From positions 1,054,001-1,118,000 of the forward strand of contig CP089274.1 of the NCBI GenBank assembly GCA_023920165.1: DNA of 64,000 nucleotides. Direction: 5' to 3'. This DNA is from Curvularia clavata. Taxonomy: Eukaryota. The notes beneath the pieces were generated by a model. The model was not told where the DNA came from and ran no database searches. It saw only the letters and a program-made list of their open reading frames with translations. The translations under genes and the position numbers were made by a program. Each line of letters begins with the position of its first letter. The first letter of the stretch is position 1. Shown one piece after another: positions 48,178 through 57,057 of this stretch.

Positions 48178-49947
48178 ATGGAAGAAGCAGATCTCGTGAT
48201 CATAGGCGCCGGCATTAATGGCCTCACAACTGCTCATACCTATCACCAGCTGCACTCTTCAGAAAAGCTCCTGATTCTCGATTCCGCTTCCTCAATCGGT
48301 GGGCCATGGGCCCCTGAGCGCATTTTCCCGGGCCTGAAAACCAACAATCTGTGGGGAATGTTTGAGCATCCTGATTTCCCTATGGACGAGGAGCGATTCG
48401 GGGTGAAGAAGGGGGCGCACATTGACGCAGCAAATATGTTCGACTACCTCACTGCATTCGCCACGTGGGCAGACATCACGAAGTTCCTCCGCCTACGGAC
48501 GAGGGTTCACGTGATTGAGAAAGAGGGGAAAGGAAAAGAGTGGATATTGCATTGTGCAACTTCGTCTTTATCCGAGCAACAAGAAACTAAGATTCGAGCG
48601 AAGAAGCTCGTGATTGCGGTGGGTATCACAAGTGACCCTTTGCTACCAGATTACCCTACCGCGGCAACTTTCCGCTCCCTAGTTGTACACACCAGAGACT
48701 TTGCAGCTCATTACGCAGATATAGCAAGACCGCAGACACATACGGTGATTGTTGGTTCCGGCAAGTCTGCTTGGGATGTGGCGTATGCTTGTGCTACGCA
48801 GCCTGACTCCACAGCGACCATCTTGATCCGATCCGATGGAAATGGGCCTGTATGGATGGCACCGAGTCATGTGACACCGTTGGGACTGTGGTTGGAGAAG
48901 CTGGTCCACACCCGATTCTTTGGCTTTCTGTCGCCGTGTCCATGGGCGACGAGAACTGGTGTCGAAGGCTGGCTACGCTCTTTTTTCCATCGAACCTGGC
49001 TAGGTCGCAAAATCGTCGCTGCATTCTGGACTATACTTGGCGAAGACGCCGTTGCACTTAATCAGCTCGACAGCCATCCTGAGACGAAGAAACTCAGGCC
49101 GTGGAGAAGCGCCTTCGAAGTGGGAAATGCGCTATCCATTCACAACTATCCATCCAGCTTCTTCGATCTAGTCAAAGCCGGCAAAGTGCGAGTCCTCATC
49201 GACGACATTGCTAGCCTAGAAGACCAAGACCAAGTTTGTCTCAAGTCCGGAACCAAATTTCACGCCGATGCCGTCGTCTGCGCCACAGGTTGGCAAAAAG
49301 GCTACACATTCCGCTTTGAGCCTGCCTCACTAGAAAAAGAGCTCGGCGTGCCCTCAGCACAACCCCTTACGCCCGAAGAAGCATCTCTCATCACGTCTTC
49401 GGAAGCATCTTTATACAAAGAATTTCCCTACCTAAAAGACCGTGACACAAGCCGTATCGCACACCCGGATCCCTCTCTTCGGTATGCACCCCAGAAAACA
49501 GCCAGCACGACGCAGCCATACCGTCTCTACCGCTTCATTGCCCCGCCTAGGCTCATAGCCGAACGCAATGTAGCCTTTGCTGGTGCCATACATTGCCTCG
49601 CTACGTTTCCCTGCGCCTATCTCCAGTCGCTGTGGATAGCCTCGTATTTCGACAATACTCTTTCAGTGACTCACTCACCACCTTCTCCCCGCTTACTGCA
49701 AGAAACATATCGTAACACGCAGTACGGTGTACTGCGTGGCGCCATGAGCTATGGACATATAATCCCTGATCTGGTGTTTGATAGCATACCGTATTTTGAT
49801 ACGCTGCTGGCGGATTTGGGGGTCAAGGGATGGCGCAAGGAAGGAGGCTTAAGGGAGTGGGGGGAGGGCTATGGCCCAGAGGATTATAGGGGATTGTTAG
49901 ATGAGGTGATAGTGAGGAGGCGGATGGGAGAGGGGAGAGAGGCATAA
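48178..49947 (+). CDS. Flavin-containing monooxygenase (FMO-like, class B)
   Basis: IIGAGING (FAD), GGPW, FRSLVVHTRDF (FMO-like fingerprint), IVGSGKSAWD (NADPH), VCATGW and YRLYRF. Confidence 0.9.
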   Translation: MEEADLVIIGAGINGLTTAHTYHQLHSSEKLLILDSASSIGGPWAPERIFPGLKTNNLWGMFEHPDFPMDEERFGVKKGAHIDAANMFDYLTAFATWADITKFLRLRTRVHVIEKEGKGKEWILHCATSSLSEQQETKIRAKKLVIAVGITSDPLLPDYPTAATFRSLVVHTRDFAAHYADIARPQTHTVIVGSGKSAWDVAYACATQPDSTATILIRSDGNGPVWMAPSHVTPLGLWLEKLVHTRFFGFLSPCPWATRTGVEGWLRSFFHRTWLGRKIVAAFWTILGEDAVALNQLDSHPETKKLRPWRSAFEVGNALSIHNYPSSFFDLVKAGKVRVLIDDIASLEDQDQVCLKSGTKFHADAVVCATGWQKGYTFRFEPASLEKELGVPSAQPLTPEEASLITSSEASLYKEFPYLKDRDTSRIAHPDPSLRYAPQKTASTTQPYRLYRFIAPPRLIAERNVAFAGAIHCLATFPCAYLQSLWIASYFDNTLSVTHSPPSPRLLQETYRNTQYGVLRGAMSYGHIIPDLVFDSIPYFDTLLADLGVKGWRKEGGLREWGEGYGPEDYRGLLDEVIVRRRMGEGREA

Positions 49948-49974
49948 TAGTGAGGGGCATAAAAGTGAGAGAAG

Positions 49975-50159
49975 CATGTAAGTGAGAGAGACATGTAAGT
50001 GAGAGAGACATGTAAGTGAGAGAGACATGTAAGTGAGAGAGACATGTAAGTGAGAGAGACATGTAAGTGAGAGAGACATGTAAGTGAGAGAGACATGTAA
50101 GTGAGAGAGACATGTAAGTGAGAGAGACATGTAAGTGAGAGAGACATGTAAGTGAGAGA
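49975..50159. repeat. Perfect 17-bp minisatellite (CATGTAAGTGAGAGAGA)x11
   Basis: Unit starts at 49975, 49992 and every 17 bp through 50145; the last copy is truncated. Confidence 0.97.
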
Positions 50160-50341
50160 AGGAGAATAGTTTTATTGGTGATTGCCATTTTTTGAAGCAA
50201 GTACTTAACGAGACTGAGGCTAGTACCTACCGAATGAGCATTAGATGCTGGATAATTTACAGATTGAATCGCCAAACTCCATTCCTACATATACAATGTC
50301 CAACCATGAAAACACGATAACCTCGAGAGATCCACCTTTCA

Positions 50342-50630
50342 TCAAATCTCCTCCACGTTAATCTCATCCTCCCGCTCCTTTTTGTCCTTCTCCTCAAGCC
50401 TCTGCATAATAATCCAGTGCACCAAATCCCTCACGGCGAACGCATCCTCCAAGCTATCGTGTCCGTTATCTCCATGCATCTGAACATCCCTACCGAGATA
50501 CTTCTTCGCCATCGTCTTGAGCGCGAAGTCGCCCGATCACTTGGTCTTCTTCTTCTTCTTTTTCCTTGGCTGAACTTCTACTAGCTTAGATGACGCCTGG
50601 TCAATGTTCCTCTTCTTATTCTTTTACTAA
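50342..50630 (-). pseudogene. 3' fragment of a DEDDh RNA exonuclease (Rex-like) pseudogene
   Basis: The minus strand reads ...SAKEKKKKKTK*SGDFALKTMAKKYLGRDVQMHGDNGHDSLEDAFAVRDLVHW...EEI*. It carries the ExoIII motif GHDSLED, in-frame stops upstream, and no visible ExoI/II motifs. Confidence 0.75.
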
Positions 50631-51030
50631 TCTTTCTTAGGCCCATTCTCGGGGTTTTACCGGCGGTGGAAGAGATTTATCTACGTAGGATTGCACTCCT
50701 TGATCTTATGAGCTAAGTGTGAGCAGATGATCGCCTTAGTTTTCCACTGTATTGGGCAGTAATATATACCACTTCAACATTATGAACATCTTTCTTTGTA
50801 GAGGGCTGCCGGAAACAGCCGAGGCCGGGCCGTTCTGGGTCTTAGCCTTGTTTGAGGGTCTGACGGCTGCGGCGCCGGGGCTCCCGCTAGTCACCGGGAC
50901 AACGGGCGACAAACATTGTCGACAAGATCTAAACAGCCGAACATCCATGCGACAGCAATCTTCTTGAGCCAATCGTGCACGCAGAGCTTTGGATATCCCT
51001 ATTCACACTGTTTGATTGTATATCGACAAC

Positions 51031-53346
51031 ATGGCACGCCTACGCAAACCGAGTCCAAATGAACCCACCATTTTTATGCCCCCAGCTGAAGCGGCGAGCG
51101 CAACACGATCAAGTCCACGGAAAGCTACCTTGAGATACGCATCATTCCTAGAGGACGACAGCTCGATATTAGTACCAAAAGCATCTAGTCGCGCCCTGCG
51201 CGATGAGAGCCTATCACAAGACCTAGAGAACTCATTTGGAGCAACAAAGTCGGCCGCACCTAGAGGAGGGCTCAGCCCGCGCAAACAACGAGTGCTGCGA
51301 CCAGTCGAGAGCAACAGTCGCCTACTTCGCAAGCTCAGCGATGAGAGCTTGGCGAGCCCAGAGAAAAAGCAAAGAGAGAGGAGGGAGCGTAGTCCCACAG
51401 TGGACATGGATGTTGGGAAGAGGAACCGGCTACGGTATGCCACAAGCTTGGCTAGGAGTGTAGTGAAGACGCAGGTCAATAAAAGCCGGATTGATGTTCT
51501 TGGAGAGACCGAGGTTCAACAAGCTGTTCAGCGATCGAGGAGCAAGAGTCCTACGAAGAAGGTGGACGAACCACAAGTTGAAGCAGAGGTTACAGAAGAG
51601 GAAGAAGAAGAAGGAGAAGAAGCCGAGACCAGTCTATGGTGTGGCGATGAGGATGCCGAAACTCAAGAAGAGGTCGCTGAATCAGTCATCGAAATAAGTG
51701 ACGATGAAGACGAAGAGCCTATCATGCCAGCTCGGACCAGACAGCGACAACCGCAGACCCGACGAGTAGTCTCAGACAGCGAGGATGAAGAAAGCGAGGC
51801 TAGTCCCCCACAGCCCGTCAAACACTTCCGCTCGCCAGCTTTCAAGGTTCCAGATCTCAAACCAGCGAATGTGCCTACCCAACCACCAGTGGACCTGGTA
51901 TCCATGCGTCCGCCACATCGCAAAGGACATCGCACTATATCAAACTGGGCTCAGGATGTCATTGACATGACAGAGTCGCCCGAGACCCCAGCTTCTTTTG
52001 TCCTCCCACAACCGACTCATGCTCGTTCAAGTTCCTTTGCAGCGTCGTCTCGGCCTACGAGTTCCGCCTCGAACGGCGCGCTCGCAATCCTTACATATTC
52101 GCCGACTCCTACCAAGAAGCGATCACCTTGTAAAGCGCCCCCACTAGAGCGTCCGGCTACACCTCCTTTGGCTCCCTCCAGCCCCGGCAAACTCGTCTCC
52201 CCCTCAAAGAAAAAGCCTGTTGTTCCTAAAGCCGTCGACCTGGATGGTAGACCCAGCCTCGATGCATTCTGGAATCCTGCAGCAGTCAATGATTGGAATG
52301 AACAACACTCTCCGGCAAAACCACTGGTATCGCCAAGGAAGCAGAAATGGCGTGAGGATATTGTAAAGATGATGGAGGGCGTGGCTCTAGAGGACAGCAG
52401 CGACGAAAGCTACCAGAGCCCTATCGAAAGCCCCAAGAAGAAGCCTGCTAAACGCAGCGCGACCAAGCAAAAGACCAGCGATGTCGAACCAACACAGACA
52501 GTTAAGCAGATCCGTGAACAACGCAAGGCGTTTTCCGAGACAAAGCATGCGATTGCCGAGGCCTTCTTGATAGAGCTGGATACAACCATTGCTTCGGGTC
52601 GCATTCGAGAACTGTCTGAATCAACAGGTGGCATAAAACTGGTCTGGTCTAAGACTCTCAAAACAACAGCTGGTCGTGCGAATTGGCGTAGAGAGCAGAT
52701 TCGCATCCGGACTGGCCCACTGTCCACAGATACGCGCACTGAAATCCGGCACCATTGCTCAATCGAGCTTGCAGAGAAGGTTATCGACGACGAAGAACGC
52801 CTCTACAACGTATTAGCGCACGAGTTCTGCCATCTGACCACTTTCATGATTAGCGAAGTGCGCAACAACCCACACGGAGCTGAATTCAAATCCTGGGGCC
52901 GCAAGGCAACAGCTGCGTTTGGAGCCAGCAAGGGCGTCGAGGTCACTACCAAACACTCATACCAGATTGAATACAAGTACGTCTGGGAATGTATTGCTTG
53001 CGGCTATGAGTTCAAGCGACACTCCAAGTCTGTGGACCCGGCACGCCACTCCTGCGGAAAGTGTAAGGGTAGGCTCGCGCAGACGAAACCAAAGCCTCGT
53101 GGCGCTGGTGCTGGCGTAGGCACAGCCGCTGCAGGCCAAGTGGGAAAGAAAGAGAAGAGCGAGTACCAAGTCTTTGTCAAGGCGAACTTCGCGAGAGTCA
53201 AAAAGGAACTGGAGGCACAAGGCAAGGACGCGCAAATGGGGAAGGTGATGGAGGCTGTGGCGAGGGAATACAGGGAAAGCAAGGGTGCTAAAGCGAAGGA
53301 AGAGGTTGGAGAGTTGGAGGCTAAGCTTGATGGATTGAAGATCTAG
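51031..53346 (+). CDS. SprT-like metalloprotease (GCNA/ACRC-like) with a disordered N-terminus and an HMG-like tail
   Basis: WSKTLKTTAGRA, IELAEKVID, LAHEFCH (HExxH), HGAEFKSW, CIAC...CGKC zinc site, and SEYQVFVKANFARVK. Confidence 0.9.
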   Translation: MARLRKPSPNEPTIFMPPAEAASATRSSPRKATLRYASFLEDDSSILVPKASSRALRDESLSQDLENSFGATKSAAPRGGLSPRKQRVLRPVESNSRLLRKLSDESLASPEKKQRERRERSPTVDMDVGKRNRLRYATSLARSVVKTQVNKSRIDVLGETEVQQAVQRSRSKSPTKKVDEPQVEAEVTEEEEEEGEEAETSLWCGDEDAETQEEVAESVIEISDDEDEEPIMPARTRQRQPQTRRVVSDSEDEESEASPPQPVKHFRSPAFKVPDLKPANVPTQPPVDLVSMRPPHRKGHRTISNWAQDVIDMTESPETPASFVLPQPTHARSSSFAASSRPTSSASNGALAILTYSPTPTKKRSPCKAPPLERPATPPLAPSSPGKLVSPSKKKPVVPKAVDLDGRPSLDAFWNPAAVNDWNEQHSPAKPLVSPRKQKWREDIVKMMEGVALEDSSDESYQSPIESPKKKPAKRSATKQKTSDVEPTQTVKQIREQRKAFSETKHAIAEAFLIELDTTIASGRIRELSESTGGIKLVWSKTLKTTAGRANWRREQIRIRTGPLSTDTRTEIRHHCSIELAEKVIDDEERLYNVLAHEFCHLTTFMISEVRNNPHGAEFKSWGRKATAAFGASKGVEVTTKHSYQIEYKYVWECIACGYEFKRHSKSVDPARHSCGKCKGRLAQTKPKPRGAGAGVGTAAAGQVGKKEKSEYQVFVKANFARVKKELEAQGKDAQMGKVMEAVAREYRESKGAKAKEEVGELEAKLDGLKI

Positions 53347-53580
53347 ATGATGAACTTTACGAAACGTTTAATTTCTTACGAACAGTTTTTCCTGCAACGC
53401 TACGGGCATATAATGACATGATATACTTGTGCTGGTATCCTAGCCTCATCTTAGAGAAGAGGCTGTAGTACAACATGCCGAGAAAGGCTATAAGCTGCCT
53501 TTGGACTTGATTTGAGAATGGGTTGACTTGGGTCACACAGCACTGAGCATTCGCATAGGACGAGGCAGTCTGACCGCTGA

Positions 53581-53823
53581 TGTTAGATTTCCTAGACTAA
53601 CCACCTACAAGACGAAAAGACACAAAGTTCTAATCTACACCCGTACCCTTGAGTAGAGTCACAAACACATCTGTCAACTCTTCCTGAGCAATATTCTGTA
53701 TCAATCAAGGACTTCGATAAGTCAAGGCTATGTATGTATCGGTCCATCTTCTTCCTTAATCTTCGTGACGACAGTGTTATACGGTATATATAAGAGCGTT
53801 TCTTACGCAACAATATCCTAACG
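53581..53823. mobile_element. Probable LTR remnant
   Basis: 243 bp bounded by TGTTAG...CTAACG (one mismatch from a TG...CA inverted repeat), with an internal TATATATAAG. A Copia RNase H fragment lies 2.3 kb downstream. No TSD found. Confidence 0.45.
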
Positions 53824-54026
53824 CGGTTTGCGTTGTCCAATCGAGCTGAAGGGCATAGCCCCTTGTAGTGAACGCAACGTTCTCGAGTTGTGTTTGTTTC
53901 GGCTCTGAATTTTTGCTCCTCGTGACACGCATGTTGACCATTATTGTTTCTCAACCAGTAAGATTTTTAAAAAGAGTGTGTTTTCCGAGTAGAGGAGAAC
54001 ATGCTGAGATGCCGTGAGTTGTAGGC

Positions 54027-54171
54027 TTCACTCATCCTGTTTGCAAGGTAAAGTCGAGGTGAAGGTCGCTTAGTGAAGGCGAGGTAAAGGCGAGGTGAAG
54101 GTCGCATGGTTTATGCTCAGCTTCCGCCGTTCGCTCATTCCGTTTGCAAGGTGAAGATGAGGTGAAGGTCG
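54027..54171. repeat. Short direct repeats (GAGGTGAAGGTCG x3 within a 42-bp imperfect duplication)
   Basis: GAGGTGAAGGTCG occurs at 54056, 54092 and 54159. Segment 54027-54068 resembles 54130-54171. Confidence 0.8.
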
Positions 54172-54685
54172 TTTGAACACTCACTTGAGTATAGCGCCTT
54201 GGCAACTCTACAGTATTTAGGCCGAGTCCCTCGCCCTCATAGCAACCATCCTTGTGCCACCCTCTTCTTGGTTGCTTTTGTGCCTTTCAAGCCTGTTCAG
54301 GCCGTTGCACCTTACACCACAGCATCAATCCAAGACATTCACACGTATACACACCACACACACGTGTATATATACACCACACACGTATATATATACACCC
54401 AAATATATATGTGCACGCACGCACGGGAGCACTTTGCAACCCCGTGACACAGAGCCTGAGCCAAAGCGGACGGCTCCTACGCTCCTTCAGCTGATACACT
54501 AGGCTGTCTCTAAAAGGACTTCTCGAGACAGTCTTCAAGAGCGCGGCTTTTTTATAAGACGGATCGAAAATGTTCTACTCAATATCAGCAAGAGTCAACA
54601 AAGACTCCAGTTCTTCTCATCTCTATCCCGTCTCTTTGTCACGCCATACATAGAAGAGGACGACAAACCAACGAAGCAAACTAAG

Positions 54686-55975
54686 ATGTACGTCCTCATG
54701 AAACCGGTAGATGGACTGTGCAGTTTGTTCAACGTTCCAGGCGACGAAGTCTTCTACTTCTCAGAGTTTCGAGACCTAACCAAGGCTTCCGAACCCCGGC
54801 CCCGAAACTGGAACGCTCTGGTCAAGCAAGTCTCGCTCAGTGGCAAGGCAGCGGCCACACCAAAAAACACAGCAAACAGCACAGCAGTCGTCATGGTTGA
54901 CCCCGCCGTAGCATTCGCAAACGAGGTCCTCGCATTGTCCTCATCATTCTCTATCAAGAAGGATCCTTGGATCCTGCAGGAGTTGAGGAAGACACTGGAC
55001 CAGGCTTGCGCAACTCCGCTAAATTCGTACCCGAATATTGACGCCCTCGTGAACCAGAACGAGGGCAACGATGAGGGCGACAAGGACGACCAACAGAAGC
55101 CGATACGGCGATCCGCATGGTCAGCTGAAGAGACCCTCCAGGAGCTCAAGCGGCGGTGGCCACAAACCGCGCAGATGGTCACCCCGCGGCTCCTGGAAAC
55201 AATCCGCAACGGCCTGGACGAGTGCGAGGACTTCAAAATCCAAGCACACGAAGTCCAGCCGTTGCTGCGATTGGCCGCGTGCCTGGAGGAGGAGCCCGGC
55301 GCTGCCTCGAACTCCAAGGTTGCTGCGGCTTGGGTCTCTTCGGCGGTGATGGCCATGCGGGCCGCACGCTTCAACGTGAAGGATCCCGGACATCTCCCGA
55401 GGACCTCGATTCGGGATGGGTCGTTCCCAGCCTTGCTCAGCGCCACGGTCGATGCGCTGAAGATTGTTCGCGATAACAATCGCGCCCACAGCCAGGCGTT
55501 GAGACAACGGCTTGGCAACAACACCATCCTAGAGTCGCCAGCGACACTATGGGAGATGTTCGGGAACACGCAGGACGATGACGCCGCACGCGGACTATAC
55601 GAAGCGTGGTGCCGCTTGGTGCTCAAGCAGTTCGAAAACACTGCTAATGTCATCGATCCTCAGCTAGAGCATATCCTTTGGAATTTCAGCGGCTGCGCTA
55701 TGATGTTTGCCATCTAGTCTTCTCTACATGAGACGGATCAATAGAAGAAGCACTTTGAAACTTCATGATATAGAGCCAAAGTGAAAAAGGTTCCTACGCT
55801 CCCTCCGCTGATGCATTACTCACACGGAGATCTATGCCAACAAGGGCACAAAGAGAAAAAGAGATGGTATTGCGAAGTCTGCCAGCTTGGTCCATCCGCC
55901 TTGCTTTCGCACAAGAATACCAACAAGCACAAGGCCAAGTGTGGTTTCTATCACCGTCCATTTCGGTGCAGCTGA
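54686..55975 (+). pseudogene. Orphan 343-aa ORF with an in-frame, stop-interrupted zinc-finger-like tail
   Basis: ORF 54686..55717 continues in the same frame through TAG 55715, TAG 55742 and TGA 55766 into ORF 55781..55975 (WYCEVC...H...KH). Confidence 0.55.
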
Positions 55976-56107
55976 AAGGTCACTCCTCACCGTCCGAGAA
56001 AGAGCGGCTATAATGATTATCGACGCAACACCCATCTCCCCTATTATATAAGCATTCATTCACAGAAAGGAAGAAATGTCACACAATACAACATTGCCAG
56101 AAGGCCT

Positions 56108-56332
56108 GTGGACATACGCGCTTCTCGAACTTCATGGTCCTCCACTGCTCAAAACGTGGTTGTCCAATCCACATGCGAGACAGAATACACGGCACTGTAT
56201 GATGCCATCAAGGAAGCCATCTGGCTTAAAAGCTTCATCAATGCTTTTAGAGTGGGTATCACGTTCACTACGATACCGGTCCATATGGACAACCAAGTCG
56301 CCATAAAGCTTGCCACGAAGCCCGAAGGATAA
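56108..56332 (+). mobile_element. Ty1/Copia retrotransposon RNase H fragment
   Basis: SWSSTAQNVVVQSTCETEYTALYDAIKEAIWLKSF...IPVHMDNQVAIKLATKP matches the Copia RNase HI consensus (SWxSKxQxxVAxSTxEAEY...EAxWL...DNQxAI). Confidence 0.85.
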
Positions 56333-57057
56333 AGAAAAACGCCTGATGTCGAGGGGCGTACGCCAATTCACGGCAGTCATGGAAGCGAAGTGTCGGCTTG
56401 TCCTTCGTTTAAATGGTAAAAGGGCCGAGATTGAGGCTATTGAAGCACTTGCTGCTAATGCTTCGAATAATGCTGTTGTGGATTCTCTTCCTGCCGAGGA
56501 GATTGATGAAGAGGAGAGTGATGCGGATGGCAATAGCGGCGTTGATGCATCAGTTTAGCTAGACATGACGATACGTTAGATGGATTGATTGATGGAGTAG
56601 CTTCTCTGGTAGCTGCTTATAGCTGTAGATGAGCTTACCAGAAGTCGAATCACGGAGATAAAGTATAGCGTGGGTAGTCAGGTTCTTTGAGAAGTCTAGT
56701 AGTCACCTCTTTATGATGAACAGACTAAGGGATCTTCAGAAGTAGCTGTAGTTGTTACAATCAATTCTTACTTGCTGTATGGATAGATTGCATTTGTAAA
56801 TGAGCTTGTTTTGATTTTCTGGTTTTACTAGCTATGGGAGAGATAAATAACAGAAATCACGAAATGGTTTAGTCGTATCAGAATTCACAACTGCATGTGC
56901 TAAGATTGATAATAACAAAAAACTCCATTCATCCATTGCATGCTAACCGTCATAAATACAAGTAGCCCTATGCTCATCGAGCATGGTAAACCGATAACGA
57001 AAGCTCACTAATCCAACCATCCTTGCAGCATTCAGCTTGTACAGAGGCAGACTTCTT

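Noticed and set aside
28471..49947. Secondary-metabolite cluster (TF, peroxidase, P450, FMO)
   Set aside because: There is no PKS, NRPS or terpene synthase, and housekeeping genes are interspersed.
49975..50159. CRISPR-like array; ORFs with SLTCLSHLHV repeats
   Set aside because: There are no unique spacers and the context is eukaryotic. The ORFs are simply translations of the minisatellite.
24917..53346. DNA-repair gene cluster (WLM protease, ung1, SprT)
   Set aside because: The genes are 9-15 kb apart with unrelated genes between them, so co-location is probably chance.
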